A stretch of 64,000 bases of DNA, from positions 2,752,001 to 2,816,000 of the forward strand of contig OY759316.1 of assembly GCA_963662275.1 (NCBI GenBank), read 5' to 3'. The position numbers and the translations under genes are program-made. The notes below the pieces were generated by a model. It had not been told where the DNA came from, did not search any database, and worked only from the letters and a program-made list of their open reading frames with translations. This stretch comes from Candidatus Cloacimonadales bacterium (GTDB lineage: Bacteria; Cloacimonadota; Cloacimonadia; Cloacimonadales; DAONDQ01). This document shows positions 9,301 through 19,362 of the stretch, one piece after another (the stretch's first letter is position 1; each line of letters begins with the position of its first letter).

Positions 9301-11723
9301 CACTCACCAATTATAAAATCTATAAAGGTGATAATTTGCTTGCAACACTATCAGCAGTTAATGTTTCTTATACCGATAATGCCGTTACCAGTGGTACATC
9401 CTATACATATTACGTTAAAGCCGTTTATACTGCTCCCGTAGGAGAATCAGTCCCATCGAATTCAGTAATCTTAACACCTCCTCTACCAGTATTTCATGCC
9501 CCGACAAATCTTGTAGGTGTTGCCGGTAATGCTTCTGTAGCTTTAACCTGGACTGCTCCGGCAGCAGGAAGTACGGGTACTCTAGCTATGTATAGACTCT
9601 ATCGGAATACTGTATTTCTTACCTCAGTATCTGCCACAAATACGGCTTATACAGATAACACTGTAACAAATGGTACAGAGTATACTTATTATGTACAAGC
9701 AACTTATACAGGTCCTACAGGAACTTCAGCCGGATCAAATTCAGTGATCGTAACTCCGTTCCAACCGATATTCAATCCGCCTTCAAATCTGACAGCAATT
9801 GCCGGAAACGCAACGGTTGCCTTAGCTTGGTCAGCTCCTGCAGCCGGTAGTCAAGGAACGCTTACGAATTACAAGCTTTATCGTAACGCAACTCTTCTTG
9901 TCACTTTGGAATCCACTGTAGTTGCCTATACAGATAATGCTGTGATAAATGGTACGGCATATACCTATTATGTCAAAGCAGCTTATACAAATCTAACTGG
10001 TGATTCAGATCAATCGAATACTGCGACTGCAACACCTCTGCTTCCTGTTTACAACCCTCCAACCAATCTGACTGCCGTTGCTGGAAATGCAACCGTAGCA
10101 TTAGCTTGGTCAGCTCCTGCAGCAGGCAGCACAGGAACCCTGACGAATTACAAACTATATCGTAATTCAACCCTTCTGATTACTTTACCTGTGACTGGTG
10201 TTACTTATACGGATAATGCAGTGATAAATGGCACTGCATATACATACTATGCCATAGCAGTATATACAAATTGGGATGGTGAATCAGTACAATCAAATAC
10301 TGTAACAGCAACTCCTCTGCTTCCTCTTTATAATCCTCCAACCAATCTGACTGCTGTTGCTGGAAATGCAACCGTAACATTGGCTTGGACTGCTCCTGCA
10401 GCAGGCAGCACAGGAACCCTGACGAATTACAAACTATATCGTAATTCAACCCTTCTGATTACTTTACCTGTGACTGGTGTTACTTATACGGATAATGCAG
10501 TTACTAATGGCACTGCCTATACCTACTACATCACAGCAGTATATACAAATTGGGATGGTGAATCAGCTCATTCGAATACTGCAGCAGCAACTCCTCTGCT
10601 CCCTGTCTATAATCCTCCAGCCAATCTGACTGCCGTTGCCGGAAATGCAACCGTAGCATTGGCTTGGACAGCTCCTGCAGCAGGCAGCACAGGAACCCTG
10701 ACAAATTACAAACTATATCGTAATTCAACCCTTCTGATTACTTTACCTGTGACTGGTGTTACTTATACGGATAATGCCGTTACTAATGGCACTGCCTATA
10801 CCTACTACGTCACAGCAGTATATACAAATTGGGATGGTGAGTCAGCTCATTCGAATACCGCAGCAGCAACTCCTCTGCTTCCTGTCTATAATCCTCCAAC
10901 TAATCTGACTGCCGTTGCCGGAAATGCAACCGTAGCATTGGCTTGGACAGCTCCTGCAGCAGGCAGCACAGGAACCCTGACGAATTACAAACTATATCGT
11001 AATTCAACCCTTCTGATTACTTTACCTGTGACTGGTGTTACTTATACGGATAATGCAGTTACCAATGGTACGGCATATTCCTACTATGTAAAAGCTGTAT
11101 ATACAAATTGGGATGGTGAATCTTCGTCATCGAATACAGTTACTGTGACCCCAGTAGTTCCAGTCTATAACCCTCCAACCAATCTGACTGTTAATGTCCA
11201 GCAGGCTATTGCTACACTCAACTGGGTAGCTCCTACACCTGCAGCAGGAACGACTCTGACTGGTTATAAAGTCTACCGTAACAATGCCGTCGTTCATACG
11301 ATTACCGGAACGACTACGACTTGGTCAGAAACACTTCCAGCAGGTGTATATAACTACAAAGTAACAGCCACATACGTAGGTAATGAATCTCCTGCTTCTA
11401 ATGAAGTAGGCATCACAGTCGCTAATTCTGATCCTATCGCTGTTCTGGCAACCAACCTTAAAGGTTGTTACCCGAATCCGTTCAATCCGACTACGACAAT
11501 TGCTTATAGCGTTAAAACTCCTAACCATGTCATGATTGAGATTTACTCAGTCAAAGGACAAAAAGTAAAAACGCTTGTAAATTGCTTGCAGAATACTGGT
11601 AATTATACAGTAGTATGGAATGGAGCAGATGATTTCGGTAAAACTATGAGTAGCGGTATTTACTTCTATAGAATGGTTTCTGGAAATTATACAGATACTA
11701 AAAAAATGATTATGGTTAAATAA
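6375..11723 (+). CDS. Large secreted fibronectin type III repeat protein with a cleaved-adhesin/MAM-like domain and FlgD-Ig/T9SS-like tail
   Basis: 1782 aa, GGAGG RBS, signal peptide, many PxNL...LxW...YKxYR...YxD...YxY FN3 units, GFEG...DDI jelly-roll domain, YPNPFNPTT tail. Confidence 0.85.
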   Translation: MKKLVFFVLMFTLILSVSLSATVRSYYQEINCELPNNINTYVTNTSTSSTSPNYLFEAWTSADGYVKHLFTGTGGTPATSLRIFTLTGAGPRAYVQMSAFTAITINAGAIIRCRLTYLGAKVANPVEWDFVVPTGTAAIYNDLVHGGYSVTVPPTPTGPSHNYPTLANEPIPADHTTNVPVTTTQISWSHTDNADYTTATGYKVYFGKDALPSTYTYVTAKNMTVSVVYGGHYYWKVVPTDASSKGIIPSNQRTNATFRGDNPDAVEWDFTVETNPNPGLATNPTPANNALNVPIATTNISWNYTSDPSFTDPIGYKVYFGTNSDVTSNPMTFITGMLNTTMPVTLGYATNYFWKVIPTTISGAKAGGTVTTRIKNHTRGDAEGASTWYFRTESFPVSPNPGIATNPVPVNGAVNVAHGTTSLLWTYTIDPLFTNPVGYKVYLHTNNTFTENALAVPYLYVSGISNTQVTLPITLAYDTHYYWKVIPTTEMSKGDAVNATIWDFTTESLTSNVPNPAVISAPLNAGTDVLINAQLAWVNGGGGTTGYKIYLGTNNPPTNIVNGTDLGLVDSYTPISNFVYSTIYYWQVVPYNTYGNAENCPIWSFTTMGDPTITSFPYVQGFEGANFPPLGWNMSGWLRGTGSHTGSYSARALKNHSGVSILSTPSVVLTENKYISFWWKDDDVSRVAGHDSTYFEISNNSGSTWIKLATLSPTNPDIQYHEYSTSLSAYSGQTVQFRWRDVTDGSANAYGVGLDDITIGTFVFAPPQNLTATPGYGVIGLAWQAPLGRSLTTYKVYRNSVFLASTPPGTYTYNDNTVVNNVTYTYYVTADYTSPTFESVPSNTVQSTPLIPVFNPVTTFSASLTTYNSITLQWTLQVAKHNRSISGFKIYRNSTLAATLTNPTTTSWIDTNLASGSYSYYIVCTYSNPNGESIPSSTQTVNVPVPVLNPPTNLAGTTTYNSVSLTWTAPTGSTATLTNYKIYKGDNLLATLSAVNVSYTDNAVTSGTSYTYYVKAVYTAPVGESVPSNSVILTPPLPVFHAPTNLVGVAGNASVALTWTAPAAGSTGTLAMYRLYRNTVFLTSVSATNTAYTDNTVTNGTEYTYYVQATYTGPTGTSAGSNSVIVTPFQPIFNPPSNLTAIAGNATVALAWSAPAAGSQGTLTNYKLYRNATLLVTLESTVVAYTDNAVINGTAYTYYVKAAYTNLTGDSDQSNTATATPLLPVYNPPTNLTAVAGNATVALAWSAPAAGSTGTLTNYKLYRNSTLLITLPVTGVTYTDNAVINGTAYTYYAIAVYTNWDGESVQSNTVTATPLLPLYNPPTNLTAVAGNATVTLAWTAPAAGSTGTLTNYKLYRNSTLLITLPVTGVTYTDNAVTNGTAYTYYITAVYTNWDGESAHSNTAAATPLLPVYNPPANLTAVAGNATVALAWTAPAAGSTGTLTNYKLYRNSTLLITLPVTGVTYTDNAVTNGTAYTYYVTAVYTNWDGESAHSNTAAATPLLPVYNPPTNLTAVAGNATVALAWTAPAAGSTGTLTNYKLYRNSTLLITLPVTGVTYTDNAVTNGTAYSYYVKAVYTNWDGESSSSNTVTVTPVVPVYNPPTNLTVNVQQAIATLNWVAPTPAAGTTLTGYKVYRNNAVVHTITGTTTTWSETLPAGVYNYKVTATYVGNESPASNEVGITVANSDPIAVLATNLKGCYPNPFNPTTTIAYSVKTPNHVMIEIYSVKGQKVKTLVNCLQNTGNYTVVWNGADDFGKTMSSGIYFYRMVSGNYTDTKKMIMVK
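9774..11180 (+). repeat. Intragenic 279-bp (93-aa) tandem repeats of an FN3 unit
   Basis: Unit starts at 9774, 10053, 10332, 10611, 10890, 11169 (exact 279-bp spacing); units 2-5 are nearly identical in DNA. Confidence 0.95.
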
Positions 11724-11738
11724 TACGCCTTAATTCTG

Positions 11739-11768
11739 AGAGGGGTGGAAACACCCCTCTTTTTTTTT
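11739..11768 (+). terminator. Intrinsic terminator
   Basis: AGAGGGGTG-GAAA-CACCCCTCT followed by a T-run, 15 nt after the stop. Confidence 0.9.
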
Positions 11769-12078
11769 CACTTGCATCCTGAAGTTCGAAACACTGGTTA
11801 CCAAACATCTGATAATTAATAAATTGACCTAATCATGTCAATTTGAAACGAGTCATGGAATAAAATCTGTTATCTAAGATAGATCAAAATACACAAAAAG
11901 TGCACGATAGTGTAGATTGATATCGTTTAAAAACATTTAAGGGGTTATTATTCAAAATAGTAAATTCAATGTAAAATCGCTTCTTTATTCAATACTGAAG
12001 CAACGCTTAAAGAATTTTCATGCCAAAATCAACTTACATGTCGATAAACAGGCATATATTATTAGAACTGCTGAAACT

Positions 12079-12789
12079 ATGGATGATTTACTCAAAGTCC
12101 TGAGTCTGAGATATCATGTTTTTATCGAGGAACTTCTACATAAAAAGAAGTACCTGGAATTTGAAATTGATCGTTTTGATTTGAAATGTGACCATCTGAT
12201 GATCATTCATAAGGAAACCCATCAAGTAATTGGTACATATCGACTCAATTCTTCACTATTTACGAAGAAATTCTATACTGCTACTGAATTCCATATGCGA
12301 AATTTAGCCAAATTACCCGGTAACAAACTTGAAGTTGACCGTGCCTGTGTACACCAGGATTATCGAAATGGAAGAACAATTGCGCTATTATGGGAAGGTA
12401 TTAACGCCTATATGTTAAAAAGTGAATCCAGGTATATGTTCGGCTGCTCAAGTGTCAGAACGATGAATCGTAGTGAAATGATAAATATCTACAAGTATTT
12501 TAGGGAAAAGGGACATATTATTGATAATCTCAAAATCAATCCTAAAAGAAAATTCAGGATACCCGGTTTTTATCATTTCTTTCATAAACATACTTTCCAT
12601 AACCTGAATCCTATTACTGACATAGAAATTGAAAAAATGGTTCCTTCATTATTAAAATCTTACCTGAAAGCGGGTGCTAAAATATATGGGAGACCTGCAC
12701 TCGATCGTAAATATCGCTGTATTGATTTCTTTACGCTGATGGAAGTGGATAATTTCAAGACTTCTTATCAAAGGGGAAAAAGAAATTAA
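12079..12789 (+). CDS. GNAT N-acyltransferase, Acetyltransf_5/OlsB-like (N-acyl amino acid or ornithine-lipid synthase type); true start probably upstream
   Basis: LRYHVF...EIDRFD..CDHL...IGTYRL...FYTATEF...RACVH.DYRNG...P.LLKSYLKAGAKI.G.PALD motifs; frame is open back to 11941. Confidence 0.8.
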   Translation: MDDLLKVLSLRYHVFIEELLHKKKYLEFEIDRFDLKCDHLMIIHKETHQVIGTYRLNSSLFTKKFYTATEFHMRNLAKLPGNKLEVDRACVHQDYRNGRTIALLWEGINAYMLKSESRYMFGCSSVRTMNRSEMINIYKYFREKGHIIDNLKINPKRKFRIPGFYHFFHKHTFHNLNPITDIEIEKMVPSLLKSYLKAGAKIYGRPALDRKYRCIDFFTLMEVDNFKTSYQRGKRN

Positions 12790-12936
12790 AATAATGAGCA
12801 TTCCATCCGATTTATAATCAGAATTAATTCCATAAATTACAATTATAAATTGACACACAGACTAAACACTCAGTAAATTGAAATGGAATAAAATGGGATA
12901 CGAATAATAAAAAAATAGATCTTCAAGGAGCTAAAA

Positions 12937-15900
12937 ATGCGTAGATTAGTGTTTTGCATTTTTTTATTTCAGGTCGCTTTCTCCTGCTTCGGGATTATCA
13001 TTGAAGAAACAGGATCATTCAAGAACTTTCTGTTTTCACGAGAAACTAACTGTGAATATGACAGATGGGTTTCTCATATTTCTGAAGGAGTTGCCATTGC
13101 GAATTACAACCTTTATGCACCATGGGATAGGCAGACGAATGGCTTTGGTACTTTTCATGTAGCTACAGCGACTGAACTTATTCATTGGAACAATGTGATT
13201 ACCGAAATCATGAACAATCGTTATAATGCAGCTCAAGATTCAATAACTGCAAATAATTTCCCATATAAAGTGGTTAGATTCAATGATATCGATACAGGGC
13301 GAACCTACTACCTACTGCGGGAAAATCTGAATATGACGTATAGTGATGACCAGGGAACTCTTGATCCTGGTGATGATGAACATGGCAGTTTTTCCTATGG
13401 TTGGGGATTGTATGTCTATTACCCACAAGCAACTTCTCCCATCATCGTAACCGTTGTTCATCCAAATGATGATTTTATTGCCCCTTATATAGCTGCTAAT
13501 GCTTTTGTTGAATGGAACGCCATGTTCCTGCAAATCGCCGGTGCTGGCAGAGAAATCGTTTGGACAGGTAATTATACAAATTCCACATCTTTGAGTGATC
13601 CTTCACGGATTGATGCCAGTGCATACACATATGCTTATAAAAAATTCTGTAATAAGATCAGAGAGCAATTTGGAAAACGCGAAATGTCTTTCCAGATTCA
13701 CAGTTATGATTGGAATCGACATGCCGGTTATGCAAGCAATCAGGTTTCTGCGGGTTATAACAGTCTCAGCATTGATTTACCTGTACGTGATCTTTCGAAT
13801 CGCCATGAAGATATGATCAGCCACGGGCGCCCGGTGATGATTCCAGCTAATACGATCGGAATACATCGGGAAGTTACGTTTAACGATTATTATGCATTTT
13901 TCAACCATCTCTACCCAATAACTTACACGAATGCCGATACTTCATTCGCTTGCAATACAAATATTGATTTAACAGGATTTTCGGAAAACAAGCAAGCTGT
14001 ATACACTTTAACCGGAATGAATGACAATGATGTTGTTGATCCTTTTGTCCATATCGAAATGGATGAATTGCCTAATTGTTATGATCAAACCACCAATAAT
14101 CTGAATTGGTTTTATGGATATGATCCTCTAACCGTAACGTTTAATTTAAACAGGGTATATGATCATGCATGGTCTTATTATTCTCCAATGATTCATAGTT
14201 TGGCAGCCACTTTACCCAGCATGTTTACAATGAATGATAATCAAACACCAACAACCCCAACTAATCTGGAAGTGTTTAGTCAATCTTACGATTATATCAA
14301 TTTGCAGTGGGATCGTAGTTATTCCTATGATTTCAAGACGTATGAAATCATGGTATCAACACAACCAATTACAGGTAATAACTATACTTTATATACAAGA
14401 GATAATGATCCTTTGCTGGCAAGTCAAGCCAATAATCAGATTTCAGTAGTTGGATTAGGTTTCAGCACGGAATATTATTTCAAAATCAGAGCAAAAGACT
14501 ACAATGGAAATATCTCCGGTGAATCAAATATGATCACAGTAACTACTGGACCAGCCAAAATTACTAATCTCACTGCTACCGGTAAAGATAATCATGTATC
14601 ATTAAGATGGAATGTTTCAATCCAAAATGGCAACCAGGGATTTATTGTGTATAGAAAGCTGAATGAAGGGCAATACCAAAATATCTCTGATTATCATACA
14701 AATGCCACTCTCCTGGGTTCAACACAAACAAATATGGTCTATACATATGAAGATATTACTGTTTCAAATGGGGAATTTTATACATACAAGATTTCCGCTG
14801 TCAATACCAGTAATATTGAGTATGACCATAATTTCACAGCAACTTGTTCACCAAGACCAATTTATCGATTCTATGTTTACAATTCCAGTCATACGGTCTT
14901 GGATAGCGTTGCTTTTGCCAATAATCCTTTTGCTTCTGATGGTAATGATACTTATTATGATATTGTCAAAACTGCTGCCCCTGCATCTAATTATGTGTAT
15001 GCAACCGCATATGAGCAATATTGGTCTGCAAATGGTGTTTATCTGGCACAGGAAACGCGTGGTGATTATGATCTTTCTCAGGAATATAGAAGCTGGGCAT
15101 TACGTATCAAAACCGATCGAACCGGACAGAATATCATAATCAAATTAGCACCTCGTCCTACTCGTCAAACTGAGAAACTCTATCTGTATTATAGCGCTAC
15201 AGGTGAATATAAGAACATGGTAACAGACAGCCTGGTATTTCAAGCTGCAGATGTAAATTACAGATCCTTTATTCTGTATTGGGGTAATTTGCAACCTACC
15301 ACTACCATTCCAACTGTTGAAAACCGCTTGTATCAAGCTGGAGATATTGCAAATTTCAGTTGGAATACGACGTTTAATTTTCTTGTAGGTCATTATGACA
15401 TATTTTTAGATAATGAAGTTGATAGCATACTTGTTGCGTCCAATTTACCCTATAATAATGGAAGCTATCAATGGACTGTACCTCAAAATGTCTCAAAGCA
15501 CAATTTAAAATTCAAAGTCCAGATCACGGCATTAGATGGAGAAATTAGAACAAGCACATCCACTTATAGCCTGGGATTGTTACCATTGCAGAATGATATG
15601 TACAGTTTGCCGGGGCTGGCGATGATCTCCAATCCCTGGTCAGCTTCAAACCTCAATTCTACAACAGTCTTTGGTACGGGAGCTGAACTTTCCCTATACA
15701 CAGATCCTGATACTTACACCCAAACAACAGATTTTCATTCTGGAACTGGCTATTGGAGTAATTGTGTTTCTCCTTTTACATACACATCAAGTTTAGCAAT
15801 CCAAAAAACAACAACAACAGTCAGTTTGCAGCATGGATGGAATTTAGTACCGAACCCTCATATGTGTTCTTATCAGATTAAAGATTTGAAATTCCTTTTA

Positions 15901-16866
15901 AATAATGTCACTTATAATTGTGGTGAGTTATTGGAACAGAATCTTATTTCCAGGGCAATTTATGTATATCGCCGTGGTATTTGTACGCAAGTGGATGTGA
16001 TAAATCCATTTGAATCTTTTTACCTTTACGTTTATGCGAATGATCGTTTAAATCTGTCGTGCCAGTTCACTCCTTATTTCCCAGGTAATCCGATCCATCC
16101 TTCCGAAACAGGTTGGCAATTGAAAATATTCGCAAATCAGACGGGTCTGGACAAGGATGAATTAATCGTTGGTGCATCTGCTTCATCTATTGATGATTTC
16201 GATTATGTTTATGATCTTCCAGAGCCACCCATCAAACCAGTAGACTCACCTTTACAATTCTATATCGAAAAAAACGCACACACGTTCCCAAACTTTCCAT
16301 ACCGAAAACTGAATTGTGAATTTAAACAACCGTTTGCTTCTGATTCATTACAAGCAGATAAATTCTGGAATTTCACCTTGGTTGTAGGCTCCGTTCAACC
16401 GGTTACGATCAATTGTGATAAGTCCCTATTTCCACGTGACTATTCTGCTCAATTAATTATAGGCACGGATTATTTTCCACTGTCCACAGGGGTGAATTGT
16501 ACGTTTATTCCAACAGCCGCAGGTACATATTATGGACAAGTGCAGGTTCGCAATAATCCTACTTCCAATCAGGATACTGTTCAACCTCAAACGCAAACAC
16601 TTGCTGTGTATCCTAATCCATTCAATCCTTCAACCACAATCTCATTCATGTTGAACAAGAGCGAAAAGGCAAATCTCACAATTTACAATATTCGTGGACA
16701 GAAAGTCCGTGAACTTGTAAATAGCAATTTAACACTAGGAAGACATCATATTGCCTGGAATGGCAAGAATGACTTAGGTAAAGAAGTTGCAACCGGTGTC
16801 TATTTTGCCAGGCTCACTTCCAATTCAGATAAGGCTGTGGTTAAAAAGCTGATGCTGATAAAATAA
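12937..16866 (+). CDS. Large secreted protein: uncharacterised N-terminal domain, FN3 domains, FlgD-Ig/T9SS-like tail
   Basis: 1309 aa, AAGGAG RBS, signal peptide, PTTPTNL...LQW FN3 units, VYPNPFNPST tail. Confidence 0.8.
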   Translation: MRRLVFCIFLFQVAFSCFGIIIEETGSFKNFLFSRETNCEYDRWVSHISEGVAIANYNLYAPWDRQTNGFGTFHVATATELIHWNNVITEIMNNRYNAAQDSITANNFPYKVVRFNDIDTGRTYYLLRENLNMTYSDDQGTLDPGDDEHGSFSYGWGLYVYYPQATSPIIVTVVHPNDDFIAPYIAANAFVEWNAMFLQIAGAGREIVWTGNYTNSTSLSDPSRIDASAYTYAYKKFCNKIREQFGKREMSFQIHSYDWNRHAGYASNQVSAGYNSLSIDLPVRDLSNRHEDMISHGRPVMIPANTIGIHREVTFNDYYAFFNHLYPITYTNADTSFACNTNIDLTGFSENKQAVYTLTGMNDNDVVDPFVHIEMDELPNCYDQTTNNLNWFYGYDPLTVTFNLNRVYDHAWSYYSPMIHSLAATLPSMFTMNDNQTPTTPTNLEVFSQSYDYINLQWDRSYSYDFKTYEIMVSTQPITGNNYTLYTRDNDPLLASQANNQISVVGLGFSTEYYFKIRAKDYNGNISGESNMITVTTGPAKITNLTATGKDNHVSLRWNVSIQNGNQGFIVYRKLNEGQYQNISDYHTNATLLGSTQTNMVYTYEDITVSNGEFYTYKISAVNTSNIEYDHNFTATCSPRPIYRFYVYNSSHTVLDSVAFANNPFASDGNDTYYDIVKTAAPASNYVYATAYEQYWSANGVYLAQETRGDYDLSQEYRSWALRIKTDRTGQNIIIKLAPRPTRQTEKLYLYYSATGEYKNMVTDSLVFQAADVNYRSFILYWGNLQPTTTIPTVENRLYQAGDIANFSWNTTFNFLVGHYDIFLDNEVDSILVASNLPYNNGSYQWTVPQNVSKHNLKFKVQITALDGEIRTSTSTYSLGLLPLQNDMYSLPGLAMISNPWSASNLNSTTVFGTGAELSLYTDPDTYTQTTDFHSGTGYWSNCVSPFTYTSSLAIQKTTTTVSLQHGWNLVPNPHMCSYQIKDLKFLLNNVTYNCGELLEQNLISRAIYVYRRGICTQVDVINPFESFYLYVYANDRLNLSCQFTPYFPGNPIHPSETGWQLKIFANQTGLDKDELIVGASASSIDDFDYVYDLPEPPIKPVDSPLQFYIEKNAHTFPNFPYRKLNCEFKQPFASDSLQADKFWNFTLVVGSVQPVTINCDKSLFPRDYSAQLIIGTDYFPLSTGVNCTFIPTAAGTYYGQVQVRNNPTSNQDTVQPQTQTLAVYPNPFNPSTTISFMLNKSEKANLTIYNIRGQKVRELVNSNLTLGRHHIAWNGKNDLGKEVATGVYFARLTSNSDKAVVKKLMLIK

Positions 16867-16879
16867 ATCTTCTTCAAAT

Positions 16880-16909
16880 AAAAAAAGGCTGTCGAAAGAC
16901 AGCCTTTTT
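16880..16909. terminator. Bidirectional intrinsic terminator
   Basis: A7-GGCTGTC-GAAA-GACAGCC-T5 between convergent genes. Confidence 0.9.
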
Positions 16910-16922
16910 ACTATTCATTAAT

Positions 16923-18071
16923 TTAGAATGTATACCCTAATGATAGCTTAGATGCAATACCGGGGGCTCTTCCACCGATAACATTTGGTCCATCAAATAA
17001 GAGCGGATTATTAATGACAGAATCCAACATGAAGTTACCAAATTTAATACCTAAACCAACTTCACTACTGAAAATAGAACCATAACTGCTTGATGTAATA
17101 TCACTACGACTAGATGAAGAACTGGTATGTGTTTCTGAAGCCATAGAATAAGTCTCTGTTGCTCCTGCACGTATAATCAACCATGATAATACTTGTGACT
17201 CAATCCCGACTTTGTACTCAGGAATTATTATATCAGAACTGCTGGTTTTGTTCGAACCTGGAGTTCTCTTAGTGGATACGAGACTCATTCCGACTGGTTT
17301 GACAGCAAATACTAATAATGTGGATTCAGAGACATTATAGTTGATACCCAAACCTAAATGAAGGTTGATTATGGAAGAAGCATATTTAACTTCTGAACCT
17401 TGTTTATGCTTGGTGGTTGAAGATCCGAAACCCAATTCACCCAGTCCAGATAATGACCAATCATTCTTCTGGATCAGATATAAACGAGCGTTCAAATCAA
17501 TACCAAAGTTCGTAAATGTGGTCTTCTCTTTGGTGTTCTTATTTTCAACTGTTCCCATTGGAATAGCAATAGTAACACCTGTATCCATCATATCAGTGGA
17601 CATTCCAGCTTTTAGAGCAACATAATTAGCACTTTCTTTCAGATCCTTATAGGGAGAATATGCTGTTCCAGCTAAACTGATCCCAACACCGAGACCTTCC
17701 TTGAGACCATAGAGAATATCCAATTTTCTGCTTAGATTCAAATCCCCTGCCATATAATCACTATGATAACCATCGAAATAATCATCAATATCAATACCAG
17801 TAGGCTCATTAAAATAGACACCAAGTATTCCACTGCCTAGGGGCACATCAGCACCGAGTGACCAACCATCGGTGTAACCGGATGTCCTCATTTCCATTGT
17901 AACGAATTTATTGTAATTAAAGATCGTTCCTGGATATGTGAAGATATCTGTGTTATCTTTGACATACCCATTCATACCACCCATTGCAGCCATACGGCTT
18001 TCCGTGGCAAATAAACTCGCCGTGAGAGTTGCGACAGTTAAAATTACGAGTAGTAATACATTCTTACTCAT
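16923..18071 (-). CDS. Outer-membrane beta-barrel protein
   Basis: 382 aa, signal peptide, amphipathic strands, C-terminal SLGYTF BAM-type signal. Confidence 0.75.
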   Translation of the reverse strand: MSKNVLLLVILTVATLTASLFATESRMAAMGGMNGYVKDNTDIFTYPGTIFNYNKFVTMEMRTSGYTDGWSLGADVPLGSGILGVYFNEPTGIDIDDYFDGYHSDYMAGDLNLSRKLDILYGLKEGLGVGISLAGTAYSPYKDLKESANYVALKAGMSTDMMDTGVTIAIPMGTVENKNTKEKTTFTNFGIDLNARLYLIQKNDWSLSGLGELGFGSSTTKHKQGSEVKYASSIINLHLGLGINYNVSESTLLVFAVKPVGMSLVSTKRTPGSNKTSSSDIIIPEYKVGIESQVLSWLIIRAGATETYSMASETHTSSSSSRSDITSSSYGSIFSSEVGLGIKFGNFMLDSVINNPLLFDGPNVIGGRAPGIASKLSLGYTF

Positions 18072-18366
18072 CTTTGTTATCCTCCTTTTTTTTGGTGATC
18101 AGGCTTCACTATTAAACCTGATAAGAATCAAATATAATCTGTAGAAGAAATTCGTGTTAAATTGAGATACCATTATCTCGTAAATAGTTATTCACTATTT
18201 TGCTTGAAAAATGACAGGAAACTGAAGCGTCAAGAATGAGAGAATTTCTTTGAGAACTCTCACATCCATTTGATAATGACATTCGTTATTGCTAAAATTC
18301 CTTAATTGATTCTTAATTATTTGTAAGATATTGAATTATAGCAAAATATGGATAAATTGTATCAAT

Positions 18367-18400
18367 ATAAGTCGGTAACTAATGTTACCGACTTATTTTT
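18367..18400. terminator. Hairpin or terminator downstream of the small beta-barrel gene
   Basis: ATAAGTCGGTAAC-TAAT-GTTACCGACTTAT perfect stem. Confidence 0.6.
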
Positions 18401-18447
18401 AGATTGAGTTATTTGAATTTAAATTCTAATGTAGTTTCTAGCATACA

Positions 18448-18999
18448 CTACTTTGAAAAAGGAAAATAAATCTGGAAACCGACATTAAATCCAAGCAGAG
18501 TTGATTTATTTTTTGTACCAGAAGGAGCATCTCCGCCATATTCACCCATGCCCATTTTGTAGTTTAAACCTAAATCAACATACACATTTTCTACGACTGG
18601 AACCAAGTAACCGGCTTTGAGATTGAGGTAGTTTGATGATTCCTTGTAAGTACTGCTCCCATTGTCACTGCTTGAAGATAGCATCATCAGACCTAATCCG
18701 CCATAAATTTGATTATAGAAATATCTACCACCAATACCAATAGCAAAAGAAGAATTCTTGTAATCCCCTTGCTTTCCGCTTGAAAGGTTAATCATCAAAT
18801 CACCGGCAATATTCTCCATAAAGAAATATCCAACTTGAGGAGAAAATGAAAAATTCGTTGCAGTATCCGAATCAGAATCATATTTTGAACTCGTATAGGA
18901 AATACTGCCACCTGGATTGATTGTACCCTTGTCAAACGCACACAAATTTGATACGACAAACAATGCTAAGAGAGAGATCAGAAGCAAATACTTTTTCAT
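18448..18999 (-). CDS. Small outer-membrane beta-barrel protein (about 8 strands)
   Basis: Start MKKYLLL at 18999 follows GGAGG; FSFSPQVGYF, GIGGRYFY and GFNVGFQIYF strands. Confidence 0.8.
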   Translation of the reverse strand: MKKYLLLISLLALFVVSNLCAFDKGTINPGGSISYTSSKYDSDSDTATNFSFSPQVGYFFMENIAGDLMINLSSGKQGDYKNSSFAIGIGGRYFYNQIYGGLGLMMLSSSSDNGSSTYKESSNYLNLKAGYLVPVVENVYVDLGLNYKMGMGEYGGDAPSGTKNKSTLLGFNVGFQIYFPFSK

Positions 19000-19313
19000 A
19001 ATAAATCCTCCAGAGTCTGTTAATGAAAGTAGATGAAAGATGTTTTTCAACAATAATTTCCTTCATCCGTTTGATTTTGACATTAATCTTCATGGCGAAA
19101 CTTATTTAGAATTTTATCATGTGCAATTTTTATGTAGTTTTAAAATCTTGGCAAGTTATTTTTACTGTATTTGTCTTTAACTCTATCTTATATATCAGTT
19201 TAACATCATTATTGCCATCTTTGCGTTACCTTTACAATAGCGGTATATGATTTATTTACAGATAGTTATGAAATTCATTATTCTGCTTGTGCTACTCTTC
19301 GATTTTCCTGAAT

Positions 19314-19350
19314 AAAAAGAGCCTACTCGAATACAAAGAGTAGGCTCTTT
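19314..19350 (-). terminator. Intrinsic terminator
   Basis: AAAGAGCCTACTC/GAGTAGGCTCTTT stem with a U-run on the minus strand, just after the 19363 stop. Confidence 0.8.
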
Positions 19351-19362
19351 CAGCATTTTAAG

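Noticed and set aside
9973..10728. Three similar antisense ORFs (MNYDIVCN...)
   Set aside because: They are shadows of the 279-bp FN3 repeats on the opposite strand.
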